From Verrucomicrobiota bacterium (GTDB lineage Bacteria; Verrucomicrobiota; Verrucomicrobiia; Opitutales; Cerasicoccaceae): DNA of 64,000 nt. Every line of letters begins with the position of its first letter. Positions within the stretch are counted from its first letter, which is position 1. Below, piece after piece: positions 13,801 through 28,800 of this stretch. The translations under genes were made by a program, and so were the position numbers. The notes beneath the pieces are model-generated. The model ran no database searches and had not been told where the DNA came from. It worked only from the letters and a program-made list of their open reading frames with translations. Location: NCBI GenBank assembly GCA_039818205.1, contig JBCBUK010000007.1, positions 1-64,000 on the forward strand, in the 5' to 3' direction.

Positions 13801-16800
13801 AACCGAAACCTGAGCCTGCCCTGCCCCTGTGAATAATGAAGTCTTAAGAACGACTACCTTGAGCACAGTGTAAAATCCGGTTTGCGAATCGAAGCCGCGA
13901 CGTTCCAAAATGACGGCAGGTTCTCCTCCCACCGTTACAACTGTTCCATCGGTAAATTGACTTCCGACAATCGTGATTACTGTACCGCCGTCGATAGAAG
14001 CGAAACCTGGGTAGATATCGTAAATCTCTGGCGCCACCGCATCTCCAGCGCCTTCGCTCGGCGGACCGGCCAAATCAAACGAAACCGTATAGTTAGCGAG
14101 CAGTTGCTCACGAATAACACCATGGTTTTCATCTCGATTCACGGACAACAAATAAGTGCTGCCAGCCTGGAGGGCTCCCTCACTCAGGCGAAGGACAACT
14201 GTGTTCCCATCTGTAGCAATCGGATCGATGGTATAGTCGGTATCAAGAGTGAGTGGAATCGGCGTCGGCGTCGCAGCGCGACTGAGCGAGACCAATGATT
14301 CGATGTTAGCGGCTGTAGTCGCGGCCAAATTCTGTGAAAAGTCGATGCGAATCTCAGGAATCGACCGTGGATTGATCACATCCGGCGCTGGCGAAATGCG
14401 AAGGATACTCTGCTGGTAGGAATCAACAATCTGGATGGTTCCGTCGGCACTGAGGCCATAGACCTCGCCAGCCCGATTCACTACACGCAATAACTCCCCG
14501 CTGGATCCCGAAGTATCCACAGAGGCGATTGTTGACCAGGCCGACAAGTCCGTTGAAGCGCCATCCAAATATATGAGGCCAAGCGATTCATGCGCTAGGT
14601 ATAGAACACCATCTCGGCTCGTCGCAACGTCGTTTAATCCAACCGAGCTAACACCGACAGGTGGCCCAGCATCCTGAAACTTCGGCAAGGCCAATGGTGA
14701 TGCATCAAAGTCGAACTCGAACTCTTCAATCCCACTCTCACCAACGAAATATACCACATCACCGAGAGTTGTCATCCGTCGGTAGCTAATTGGCAAAAGC
14801 CCTAGGCTATCCCCAACGAAGCCGCTTCCGTAGACTTCAGAATTTGCCAGAGGCTGGTGCTCCGAACTAATAGCATCAAAAAACTGCGCAAAGCCGTCTC
14901 CCGTAACATCATCTCGCTGCTGGACGATCAAAACGCGATCCCGGACCAGCTCAACCCCTAACGCTTCGTGCTCAGTTTCAATGTTATAGGACTGAAACGC
15001 CATCTCTGGGAAGCTAGTATTGAATACAAGCACCCCATCCGGCCCCGCAGCGACGTAAGCCACATTACCCGTCGCACATACACCTCGCCCATGCTTGCTG
15101 CCGAGCGGCAAGGTGAGTATCAATTCGAGCTTAGCCGATGGTTGCGCTCCGGAACCTCCAGAAACAACAACAGTAGGAGGCGGAATTTCGCGGATGATAA
15201 ATAGTTCTGTAGAAGAGGTAACAAAAACCAAATCTCGTTCAGGCTGAACTGCAACCGACCGCAGATCGCCCGAAGTAAAGTCTAGCGTGTCAATCGTTTG
15301 AACCAGATTGGTGCGATTAGAAAAATCGGTTTCATCAACTTGAAGCTCGACCACTTTGAGCGCGCTATCACCAATAACGAACGCAATCTTATCCTCAGTG
15401 ACAGCCCAGTCCCGACTGAGCCCTGTCGCAATTGTGGCCGATGGAGCAATAGTATATTCAAATCCCTCAGTGAGCGTAAAGTACACATCAGGATCAGGAC
15501 CGCCGTGATTGGTTACTGTGACACCCACCTTGCCGGAGGAACCAGCTGGAGTCCGAACGCGAATAAGCTCGGAGCTTATGACTTGGACATTGCTAGATCC
15601 GACATCGTTTCCGCCGAAAGAGACAGTTACGTTTCCATTGATATCGAATCCTGTCCCTGAAATGGTGACAACGGTATCGCCTTTTTCGACACCTGACGCA
15701 GGACTAACAGACTCAACCTCCAAGGACTGCTCATACAAGAATCCATCATAAACGATATCGCCCTCTCCTGTCGCATTGAGCACCTCGACAGCTGCCATAC
15801 CCGGAGAGGATAATGAGGGAGTAGTGATGGTAATCTGGGTACCGTCTCCATTAATCTGATATTCACCAGCCTCAAAACCCGAACCGGTGTCAAGGCTCAG
15901 AACCTGCCCGGCAAAAGTCACAGTGGTGGCGGAATCGAGATTAGTTCCAGAAATTACCACTGGAACCGAACCAGCCGTTCCACCAAAACTCGGAGTGACT
16001 GACGATATGCTAGGAACAGCATTCGTGCTTTGGACCGTAAAGTTTGATTCAATCGGACCAAGCAGGTTGTAAGTCGATGCCCCGGACGACTCAATATCCG
16101 GGCTCAAAACAATCGTATAGGTCGCACCTGAATCAAGACTTTCATCTGGGTCGAAAGTAAACAGCTTAGCATCTCCGCTTGTCGGTAGAATTGTGCCAGC
16201 GACCGACGCTCCCGAGCTGTCCAGTATGCGGAGGCCACCCGCGAGAACCGACCCCGACAAGACCGGCACCGAAAACTCAACATCAATTGTCGCGTCGGCA
16301 GGAACTCCAGCCGCGAAATGATCCGGGTTCAAGCGTACGACTGTCGGAACCGGAAGGGGGATAAACCGCAGACCACCGGTCGGGACAACACAATCGCCTC
16401 CGACGCGCCCAGGGAACCAACTACATTCGCCCAATATCGACTTGGGCACCCGTGGAAGTGCGGTTGCGACAACGGCCATTCCATCGACTAATTCAACATC
16501 GGTCGCCGTGACTGCCCCACCAGAATAGTGACTTTCCAAGAGGACACCACTAAACAACTGAGGCAACGCAGGCGTCGATACATCATAGACTCCTAACATG
16601 TTTCCGTAAGTCAGAACGCCTAGACCTCCTTGCAATTGAGGATTTTCGCCGACGACATTCTTAGCAAAGAGATCCGAATCGTAAGTCTGAACCATTCGAC
16701 TACCTTCAACTGGAAATACATCCGCTACTCCGAGTGAATGGTCCAATTCAGCTACCAAAGCAATTTCGCCTTCAACATCCAACGCTCCATAAATTGGATA

Positions 16801-19800
16801 AGATCCAACACCTACAATCCCGTAGTTTGGAGTTCGGATATCGACGACCAACATCCCCGACTCAGTCCCCAAATAGGCAAGGTGGCCAAAGAGCTCTACT
16901 GAATAAATAACAGGAGTCTGTCCAATGCCGTTGATTGTAAAGAGCGTTTGGTGATTGACCAAAACCGGTTTGCTCGGGTTCGAAAGATCGAAACCACAGA
17001 GGCCATGATCGCGAGTTGCAACCAACAAAAAGCTCTCCCGGACGGCCATGTCGACAATCTCCCCAACGACAAATCCACGGAAGGCACCCCGAACAATCTC
17101 ACTACTAATATTGTAGTAATCATCGGTGGCGTTTCCGTCGCCATCAGTATCTTTTACTTCTACAAGAACAAAACCAGGATCGTCGTAAATCTGATCCGGT
17201 GCCAAATGAATCAGCGTTTCCGTATCGAATGAAACGATTACGTATCTCTCTTCGAGGCCATCGCTATCCGAATCGAACTCTGTGTATTCAATGCCATTGG
17301 GAATTAGCGGCAGCGGCAAATCAATCTGATCCCGCAATATTGGCGGATCGCCTTCAATATCGGCCGGATCACCAGGCAATGTGACGATCGCCAAGCTACT
17401 CGCAACTGATGTCGTCTCAAGCTCGGTTACAGTGGTTGCGAAACTGTTTATACCTTGGAAATTGCTTCCACCGAGGTCGCTTGAATCAGTAACAACAAAC
17501 AAAAGGTCGTCATGAACTGCAATACCAGCCGGGTAACCCGGTGCCAGATCGGTGTTGTTGTCATAGCTGCTCTGTGTATTGAGATTGTCGATCGAATCGA
17601 AATCAAAAAAGTTTGCGATGTCGTAAGCCTCCTCAAACTGGCTGTAGAGAAATGCGTCTTCCCGATAAGCAGACCGTGTATTGTCAGCCGAGCGAACCGA
17701 TACGTCAACAAACCCAAAACTTGCCTGCGCAGGAATCCGACATTGGAGACGGGTCGGACTCAACACCCACACATCGCTAGCCGCTTGTGCTCCAAACTGA
17801 CAGCTCATGCCCGGCATAAAGCCTCCGCCTACCACCTCGACGATATCACCACCATCAAGTGAGCCAACCGCCGGCGTCACAAGATCTACGGTTAGTTCAT
17901 CCACATAGACAATCGCACCGTGGACAATTGCGTACTTACCGGCCCCATTGAGAACCTCAACCGAGCCGCTACCACTAGAATTACGGGGCACGACAACTTC
18001 AATTCGTCCATCGGTGGCGGATATAACCTCGGCCTGCACACCACCGATCCAAACCGTCGGCTGATCTGAAAATCCAGATCCGAGAATCTCAAGCGTTTCC
18101 CCTCCCGCTAGTCCAACATACTTCGCCGATGCTTGTGTATTCGTATTGGCAATCGATTCTATTTCTGGAGGTGCACCGATAGAGTCTGTACCGGTGAAGA
18201 ACTGGCTTGTATAAATTTGACCAAGTGGACGCTGAGAGAGCGAACGGACGCTATCCGAAATAACAATTTCATATTGCGAATTATCTGAAAGCGACTGCTC
18301 GGGATTGAGCGAAACGACAGCTCCATTCGCGGTAGTCGATGCAGAAACGACAAGATCACTTGGACTGCGACCTGCCGAAGTAACCTCATAGAGTGCAATC
18401 TCATCCGCGAGCAAACTCGCCGGGTCTATGGCTTCACTAAATCGAACCATGACGACCGAGTCAGTACCGACACCGAATTCGGCCAGAGCTGGAACAATCT
18501 CATTCACACTAAGCACTTGCTGCGGAATAATCTGCATACCTGAAAACCCAGTGGTTACAGCAAAAGCGCCATTGGCCCGCGCGATTGAAGTGGCCGGACC
18601 CGCTAAGTTGGCATTGAGCAACACTGAAGGCTGGGTAGCCCCATTCGAAAGATCGCCCAAATCAACGATCTGTAACAATCCTTTCGCGAAGTCACCATCC
18701 AAGACCTCTGTATCTGGTACAATATCTTTTAGGACATCAATCGATACAGCAACCAATGAGCCCTCGACATAAATTGATCGCGCTCCTCCGTTAAAATAAT
18801 CCGAACGATTCGGAATATAGTTTAGCTCTCGGATAACGACCGGTTCAACCGGATTTGAAACATCGACGACAGCCAGCGAGTTGTAATACTCGGCATAGTC
18901 ATCAAAAGCATCAAAGGCAATATAGGCGAGATCACCTTGAACCGCAATCGCGACAGCTCGTCCACCCGGAGTGTATTCCAAGCGATTGTTGGATGAATCA
19001 AACTCATTTGAAAACAAAGCGGTGTTGATTCTCGCCTGCGACTTATCTGGACTGGTGATATCGTAAATTTTCAATCCCGCCGAGCCGGCTGCTGCAAAAG
19101 CATAATTACCCGAAATTGCGACATCGTAAAAATCCTCTCCCCCAGAACCAGTCGCAACTCCATTCGACAACGTAACGTTGGAGCTGAGAATCCAATCGGT
19201 CCGCACTGGCTGCGCCGGGTTGGAAACATCAAAGAAGAAGAGGCCGTAGGAACCATTGCTAACGACAACAAGATCTCCGTCGGCAGTAATTGAATTGGCG
19301 GTCGCACCTACGAACCGCGTATGCGCCTGAATCATGTTTGCCGGATCAGATTCGGTTAGTTTCAAAACTGTCAGATAGCTCTGATTACCGAGCGGGTCCT
19401 GCCAGAGGACGTAGGCATGATTTCGATGCACCGTGAACGTCCGCGCCGCTTGAAAAGGAAAATTATTCAGATTCTCCGCTGAATCTAGATCAAATTCATC
19501 GGTGAGAAACTCTCCAAACTTACGAGGAGGATACATTCCAAAAGTAGTATCATAAATCTCGAACTTCCAACGATTTTCCACCGTCGAAAGCAGGTATAGG
19601 CGCCCGTCTTTTGCTTCGGAGTGAACAACTTGCATCGGTTCTGAAGGCTGATTCGGAATCGGCAATTCGCTAGTTACCACATTCGTAGTCCTCATCCCAA
19701 CCTCGACCGAGATAATCGAAGAGCGAGCCACGTTCCCACTATTGTCTTCGGCCTCGACGTAGAAACGAAGTGTCTCTCCCGCAATTCCAGTCGGCACTAA

Positions 19801-22800
19801 GAAATCATGTGTGTAAGGTGCCCAAACAAAATCCGGTGCCGGGACGTAGTCAGTGTTCAGCAGCGTGGGAACATCGTTGTCATCTAACAAGAAGAATCGC
19901 ACTCCAGCAATCCCAGAGAGATCCCGGGTTTGCGCTGCGATTCGTAGCGCTTCACTCTCCGTCACAATATCACCTTCTACAGGAGAAAAGATCTCGACCT
20001 CAGGCGGCGTAACGTCCTCAAGCTGTCCGATCACGACAGATTCTGATTGGGTAAACTGGCCCGAAGAGTCGTAGGCAACGGCATAAAGCGTGAAGATATT
20101 ACTCTCAGCTCCAGTTGGCGTCGTAAAGAACGATTCAAAAACGGTATTCGCATCAAAGGTCCCTTGATCTCCCAAAGATTGCAATGCCCGACCTACGCGA
20201 GTACCGTTTACAAAGAACTCAACTCGATCGACTTCGAGGTCATCAGTCGCACTCGCTTGTAGACGCACCGATTCGCCCGCAAAAATCAGGCTACCATCCA
20301 TTGGCAACGCTAGCGCGACCTCAGGCGGCTGATCAGCCACAACAGCATAACTAACAGATTTCTCCGAATACTGACTCTTGGTGTCCCAAGCTCGGGCTGT
20401 AACATTGATCAAGTCGCCGACTTCCCCTTCAACCAAAAACTGCTTAGTATATGGTAATACGAAATCGCGCCCGATGGATGTTCCATTTATCAAGAATTCA
20501 ACACTCGTAACGTCGATATCATCATCCGCAGTTGCCGAAACCAGAACTATGCTTCCTTTGATCAGCTCAGTTCCGTCAGCTGGCACAATATCGTGAACAA
20601 CCGGAGGGCGATCATCAACCACAGCTATTGTTATTTCGTCCGTAGAACTTAAACCTGCAGTATCCAACGCCACTGCTCGCAGTATTACCTGCCCCGAGGC
20701 ACTGTCAAAAACCTGACTCAACTCGAATGGCGGCGATATGTCGATAGCTAGCGGCGACGAATCTCCATCTCTGTAAAAGCTGACTGAGGCAACCCCAACG
20801 TTATCAGTTGCCTGAGCACTTATCCGCAACGATTGCCCTACCGTAATCGCTGAACCATCAACCGGTGAAAGAATTTCAACCGTCGGCGCAATATCATCGC
20901 TAACAATCGAAACCTGATTTTGATCTGCCAAAGTGCTCTGGCCTGATGTATCCAAAGCTGAAGCGCCAACAGATATCGTCTCACCGACTCTTTCGAACGG
21001 AACATCCCAAAAGAACTCATAGGGAGCAAAGGTGTCGGTGTAGACAGGCTGACCATCGATCAAGAAAGTCACCGACCGTACGGCGACGTCATCGCCAGCA
21101 GATGCCTGGAGCAACAAATCGATTCCCTCATAAACTTGCGCACCATTGGTAGGGTTGGAAACCGATATTGTGGGCGGACGATCTTCCTTCGTGTAAATCG
21201 TTAAGGGCGGCTCGCTTGCAGTGTTACCGGCAGAATCGAAAGCAATCGCAGAAATCGCAAGTGTACCGTCCAACAGGTTTGGAACAGAGAAACTGATGCT
21301 ATAGGGAAAGGTCGGATCAATAAACGGACTACTGGGGATGTCAGTACCGCTTGAGTCCTTGACGTAAAATATAACTTGGTCAACCGCAACGTCATCAGTC
21401 GCATTCGCTGTCACTGTCACCAAGCTGCCTTCAGGAAAGAAACTACCTGGTTCGGGTTGTAGGATATCAACTATTGGACTCTCATCTTCGACCACCTGAT
21501 AATTTCGAGTAATTCTGGATGTATTTCCATTCACATCAGTCACTTCGAAGCCAAGGTATCGCGGGCCAATTGCCGCCGCCTGCAATCGCGTACCAAAGAC
21601 TGGAGTATCGATTGTATTGACCGTGTTAGTTAAGAAATCCTTCTTAGCGATGTTGGAGTTCACATAGAACGGACTCGAATCGGTGAACACGGTTGCTGGA
21701 TCCGCACCATCCCACACTTTGACACTGCTAACAGCGGCATCATCCCCTCCGCGAAAACGCACATCCATGTAGGCACCGACCGGTAGCTCAAAATTTTCAA
21801 ATGGCTCACTGATCGTGACCACCGGCTCAACAACGTCATCAATTACTTTGATTCGGTGGCTGTAGTAATCAGCATTCGGATCCGCCAGATTGCCGTCAAT
21901 CACCTCAATGGCAAACTCGACCTCTTGATTAACGACCAACAGTCGCTCGGGGACTTGAACCGTTGTCTCAGCAAGTTGGAGTGTATAGGCACCGTCGACA
22001 AAATCCAAACCACGCCAGCCCATACGCTTCATTCCAGCTTCGATACGGCTATCAAAATTGACAAGGTCGCCGGAATCGGTGAAGGCGACTTTCGTCAATT
22101 CGTTGGCTTCGATCGTGTCATATTCTTGCCCAGCGATCAAAAACTTCACCTTACCAACGCCATTGCTATCCCAAGCCAAAGCCTGGAGGCGCAATACAAC
22201 AGACCCCTCAGTGACGGTTTGGCCAGCCAACGGCGTAATCAATATACCCTCTGGGCGCTGCTCCGGAACAACGTTCAGCACGAACGAGCGGCGAGTCACC
22301 TGCCCAAACGAATCCGTCGCAACCAGTTCAAATAAATGGCTACCAACTTCCACAGAGGTGGTATCCCATGCGTAGGTAGGGTTTGTCGCGAAATCATAGC
22401 CAGTTTCCTCAATCCCATCAATATACAGCGTAACATCTGGCGCTCCGACGTCGTCACTTGCTGCAATCGGAATGAGGACGCTTTCATTCTGCAAGACCTC
22501 GACCCCAAGTACCGAATTAACCGGATCAAGCGGCAAGGTCAGTCCTGCGGTCTGAATCGACTCAACTCGGATTTCAGGATAAGCATTGTCCACAATAACC
22601 AACGATAGTGAGCGAGTGCTTCGGTTGAGCGAGGTATCGTCAGCTTCAACCGTAATCGTCCAAAGTTGCCCGGCAGCGCTTGGGGGTGCTGAAAACGTGT
22701 AAGAAGCGGTATCTTGGAACACGCTCTGTGTTTCGCTAATATTGCTTACAGCATCAACCTGATCGCCGTCTAATAGCACACGAAAATTGTCTAGACCGGT

Positions 22801-25800
22801 CGGATCAATCAAAGTGAGGCCGAAATCAAAATCGGCACCTTCAACGAGTGGAATCTCGTTCCCTCCGATAGCACTTCCGCCATCCAGAAATACAATTTGC
22901 GGTCCCGTTTCGCCAAAGATTTCAATAGTTTGAACTGAAGAGAATGATGTGACTTCAGTAGAATCCCAAACTTGGAATAGTATCTCGCGGTGGCTTCCGA
23001 CTAAATCTTGCGTAATGGTGACGTCGCTAAAAGCAACTGCGCCCGTGCCTGAATGGTTGCGAGATTCGAGCCGGATCGATTCGCCATTCAAAAGAAATAT
23101 GTCGAGACCTGATGTTAGCGAATCCCATGCAAATCCGTCTAGCGGAATTGCCACCAGCTCATCTTGGCCAATCAGCAACTCAAAACGATGTGTCACCCCA
23201 GTCTGATCAATCTGATAGCGATCCACTAGTCCGCTAGTAAGAGCGACGAGGGGAGATCCATCGACAAAAAGTGATCGAGTCATACTGCCGACCGAATGGT
23301 CCCACTCGACCTCCAGGGTAAAGCCTTGCGCACCGGCGGGAATCAATCCCGGATTTTGAATCAGCGAGAGGTTACCATCAGCCGTAATACTCAACTCGAC
23401 GAACACTTTTTCCGGATCATCTGATTTAACAAATCGGACGGCTCTAAGCGGGGACCCCGGTACATTCTCTAGTTCAAAAATGAGCTGATTCTCATCAGCG
23501 TTTTTCGTAAGGATCGCCGTACTGCTGTCGATCATATTGACCATACGATTCGCTGCTCCGTCGATTACATAGATCTCAGGCGTGTAGGCGCTACCCAGAA
23601 GGAACTGACTGCCATGGGCAGGACTGCCAGCGGAGAGGGTCGGTGGTAAAACTGGTCGATCAGACTCAGGAAGTATCGAAACAGTTACTGGAAGCGACTC
23701 CGCAGAATTTTCCGCTGAGTCCTTGGCCGTTGCATAAAAGGTATGCGAGGTCTGGCCATTCGAGTCGAAATCGTATTCAAAAACAAATGGCCCATTCTCT
23801 GGACCAAGCATTTCGTCACCTGAATCTTTCTGCTCATAAACGTTAACCTTAAGCTCTCCGTTCGAATCCAAGTTATCCACCACGGTGTAACCAATCGAGA
23901 CGCTACCAACCCCATACAAAACATCACCATCAACCGGGCCAGTGATCTGAACGATTGGTGCGACCATATCCGGAACGACATCGATGTAAACTGGCACCGA
24001 GGTACTATCATTGCCATTAACATCAAGCGCTCGAACCGCAACTGCGATTCGAGAATTCGCGGGAACACTTATTGATGCGAGGTCTAGCAAATAGTCAAAA
24101 TCATATAACAAAGTCTGGCTAACAATTATCGTCCCAAACAACGAGTATGGGTTGGGTACGAAAACCGTTTGAGTTAGGGCATCAATACCAGTCGAATCCA
24201 AATCAATCGAAGCGACAGCAATCCCATCTACGAGAACCTCGACGGTCTCGATTCGTCGATTATCTTCAGCCGCAATCTGCACGGATACTTGGCCGCCGAC
24301 CAGAACATCTGTTCCGTTCTGGGGTGACGTAATAGCAATAATTGGCGGTTCTTCGTCTGGAATTACCACAACTGGAACCTCAACAGTCCTTATCTGCTGA
24401 CCCTTGATATCCGTCAACTCGAAGAGAATGATAGCCGCGCCATCGTCCGCACTGGCCTCCGGAAGCGCAGGAATCAATATTTCAGTCGTCAGCTCATAAC
24501 GGCCCGTTTCCTGATTTAACACTATCTCTCCGTCACTCTCAGTGAACTCGATCGAATCTGCTGGATCCGAGCCAGTCGAGATCTTGATCTTATCAAAGCC
24601 GCTGGAATCGTCCCAAAATTCGGCCTGAATTTGCATGGTTTGCCCAGCGAAAACCGTCCGATTACCGAGGGGTTCAATAACGTCAATGCTCGGATAAGCA
24701 TCTCGTAAAACCCGAACATCAACATCTGCAGTGGCACTATTCTCAGATGCGGCATTATCCGTTGCCGAGACTTTAAGCGTTACAGACGCGGAGTCCTCAA
24801 AATCAGGAACCAGAAGAGCGACCAATTTAATGAGATCGTATCGGTCTTCGTCAGTGAGATTCGCGTCGTTCCAACTGAGCAAATCCAATAGTGAAACAAG
24901 CAGTGGCGCGTCATCAACCTCACCCGCAAACTCTGCGAAGGAATTGGCGGCATCATATACGCGTACCACAAGATCATCTTCATCCGTTCCGTCGTTCTGC
25001 CGTGCAACGACCAGAGCGGGAAAAACAGAAGCAGATGTATCAACACTATTATCACGAAAAACGAAGGTATAGTCGGTTAATGCCGGCAACAGTTGAGGAG
25101 TCCACTCATAGGCAAACGTTCTCCCTCCAAACACGCTGGCTTCTTCTCGAAGGGATGGTGCCCATGTCAATCCACCGTCGACCGAGAATTCAACCGGCAC
25201 CGATGCGCGTAATCCGACATTATCGGCAGCACTGGCAAGCAGCACGGTCAATTCACCATCAACCAAAGATCCATCCTGAATGGGCTGGATAAAATCAACC
25301 AGCGGTGGCAGATCATCGTTTCTGGATGTCAGTGCAAAAGAGTCCGAAACCGTGGCCGGATCACCATTCTCATCGTATCCTTCAACCGTAACTGTAAGAG
25401 AATACGAACCCGCAGCTGGAACAGGATAGGAAAACTGGTAAGAACCAAAACCACCGGACGCTCCGAACATCGACGCTCCGTCAGAAAGCGATATCGAAGA
25501 CACATTCGCATTAGCAGGGATATCAACAAGGATATTCAAGGTTGTGCCAGCAAACGCTTCGTAGGACTTTGCACCGTTAGACTCGCTAACTTGGAGCACC
25601 GGATAAACGATAGAAACAGCCAGAGGATCGACTACCTGCTCAACAAGCTTCAGTCGAATTGTGGAACTACGGCCTACATTACCGGCCTCGTCAATGGCCT
25701 GTGCGTAAACTTGAATTTCATCATTCAACGATAGATCAGAACCGGTCTTGAGGTCCAAAGACAAAGGAGCCAGGAACGAGCCATCCTCGAAAACGCTTAT

Positions 25801-28800
25801 CGCAGATGGATCGACAAAGACAAGGGGTGTATCGCTATCTGTTGTACGATAGAGAGAGACCGTTTCAATGCCCAGATTGTCGAATCCCGAAACAAGAAAA
25901 CCCACCCGGGCCTCAAACACAGAATTTCCAACATCCTCGGTCATCAACACCTGGGTATTGTCTTCAGGAACGACAATTACGACTGACGGAGCGATTGTGT
26001 CCTCTGTCACAAAAACGGATACTGCACTGCTTCCGATCAATCCTTCATCATCCTGAGCCCGTGCAACAATTGTTAGTGAGTCTCCTGAAAATTCAAAAGG
26101 GATAACATAGTCAAAACGTCCTGAGCCAAAATGAATCAATTCATTGCCGAGATAAAAACCGACTCCTTGTCCACTCAAAGGGCCATCATCAACCACAACA
26201 GCTTCGATCGGCAGCACATCCCCAGGTGCCCAGTTAGTACCTTCAATCGGTGAAAGAAAAGCAACTTGCGGAGTCTGATTTGGCTGAACGAACAATGAAA
26301 TATTAGCATCAGTAACAGCACCGTTATAGTCAGTAACGGTCGCAACGACCTCAAAGGTAGATCCAGCGCTTGCCAAGGGCTCGCCGGGAACAGGAACGTC
26401 AAATGTATAGGTCTGATTGCCTGCCGATGCTAAGCCACTTTGGATCGACTGTCGTGCACTGCGATTGTCCTGGACCAATCTTATGACATCTCCAGAATCC
26501 TGATTGGTAAGAGTAAGGACCACCTCGGAACCATAAACTACCAAATCATCTTCAACGCTCAGACTGACTTGAGTGACCCCATTATTACGTATTGCATCAA
26601 GATTTTGGTGTGAAAGAAAATACACATTTGGTGCATCATTCGCAGCTGCCTCCAGTGCGATAGCATTCGTGTAAAATCTGTGGCTTCCCTTATACCCTAT
26701 CGCAGTAACGATCAAGCCACGCCCAGCCTCAATATCTGGGACCACATAAGAAGCTCGATAGGCATTTTCAGCCGCAACCTCACGGTCACCATCATCGTTT
26801 ACATATACGATTGGAAAAGACGATCGAACTGCTTCGATCGGCGAACCGTTAACCAAAAATTCTACCTGATCGTAGTCGCTGTCATCTGCGACAACTGCCA
26901 AATTTAGGATGGAACCAACGACGAAGCGTGACCCTTCAGCAATTGCGGTGATATTTGGACGCAAGCCGCTAATACCTTCGGAGGCTTTCTCCGCAAGGAA
27001 ATCAAAATGATCTGTGCTCGTAAAAAACTCTAAGGCCGCTCCGGCGGTTTCGCCATCTCCGATAGACCTGATCAAAATATCCAGCGGTTCGGAATAACCC
27101 CGATCATCATCCTGCTCGGCAAATGCTTCTAGATTATCCAAGTCTCGGGCTAACGCGGTAATCCGCAGGTAGCTGCCAGCTCGCCCTTCCGGCGCTGCGA
27201 CATTCAAGCTATAAGGAGCATCTAAATCGGTGTAGACCGGCACTCCATCCACAAAGAAATCGACTCCCGCTACAAAATCGGGGCCTTGGTCGTCAGTGAC
27301 TCGAGCAAAGACCGTAAACGAATCACCTTCGAATACGGATCGAGCGCTCGAGCTGAGCATCACAGCAGGCGGGGAATTTTCAACAACGACATCCAAGGAG
27401 ATCGACGGGACTGCAGTGAATCGATTGCTGATTGTTATTGTTGTCTGGCCAGGTCGCAAACCGACTACTAATCCATCTGGCGAAACATCCAAAACAGAAT
27501 CATCGAGCACCGTGTAATTCGTTCCCATGCGGGAGTCGGCCATCTGAATCGAGAAACCACTTCCTCCATCGAAGACATTGCCGAGAACATCCAATTGGAT
27601 GGTCGCTCCGACTTCATCGATCTCCAATGCTCCATCAACTAGCGAATTACCAACCGAAAGGCTTTCAAGCGATGAATCCTCGTTAACGGAAACCGCTATC
27701 TCTTTCTCGATTCCAGCATATGTTACTTGCAGATCCGTCGTTCCAGGAAGCAAACCATAAATCAACTCATTGTCACCAACCACAGCAATGGTGTTGTCCT
27801 CGCTTTCGACGCTGAGACCACTTTCACCATTTAGTAAAAGTAGGATTTCCCCTTCGTAGATTCCACTGACCAAAAGCTGCCGGGTGCTGCCAAAACCAGC
27901 TAACGGGGAATTATCACCCGTATTGTCATCAAAGTTAAGATCAACATCGAGCAAGTCGCGGGGAAAGACATCGGCAACACGCCAGATGTCCGAATGAGAC
28001 CTCACATTGCCCAATTCGTCGCGGGCGGTGACCTGGAGATAAAGAACCGACTCGGGTATTGGGACAATTCCATCCGAAATTTTGAAATCGCTGCTAAACT
28101 GGCGAATTGATGGATCCTCAGAATCTGGGATTCCAGTCGCCTTAAGTAAACTCCGGGAATAGGTCTCCAAGAAAGTGTCGACCGTATCAATGCGCCCACC
28201 CGAGGCAATCAAGTGGGAAGGCAAGGTGCCAAGTAACGCGATTTCGACATCAACCAAGGGAATGCCGGACTCAACAACTGTGGCTGATGCCGCGTAGCTT
28301 TCGCTCTGCGGCAAACGAACGACCGCCAAACTGGTGATTTCAGGAGCTTGGTCGGGCAACAGACGGTAGAACACTTGATTTACCGAGCTGTTGGAGAAGT
28401 CCACCTCAACTCTCAACAAAAGTGGTGTGGACCGATCCACAACATCGCCCGGCAGGTCAAAGATAAACCCAGGACTCTCGGGATCAGCGGCAAACTTTGA
28501 ATCGAACAAATAACCAGAGATCAGCAGATTGCTATTGTCATCTTCGACCATGATCTCGCGAAGGAGTTGATCACCACGAGAAGAAATTGCGCGAACACCG
28601 TAGTAATCCAGATAGCTTTGGGTCGACCAAGTATGCAGTTCAGCATTAACCGCGAGGACGGTCTCCCCTGGATCGAGATCTATCACGGCTTCCACTCCAA
28701 CCGATGACGTTTCTGTATAGGTTACTGAAACCTCTCCCAAACTCGCCGCATGAACTGCGGAAAGACTCCATAGGACACCGGTAAGGACCAAGCACCCAAG

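Noticed and set aside
2448..28208. Many short ORFs overlapping the giant gene
   Set aside because: Antisense or out-of-frame shadows with no recognisable motifs.
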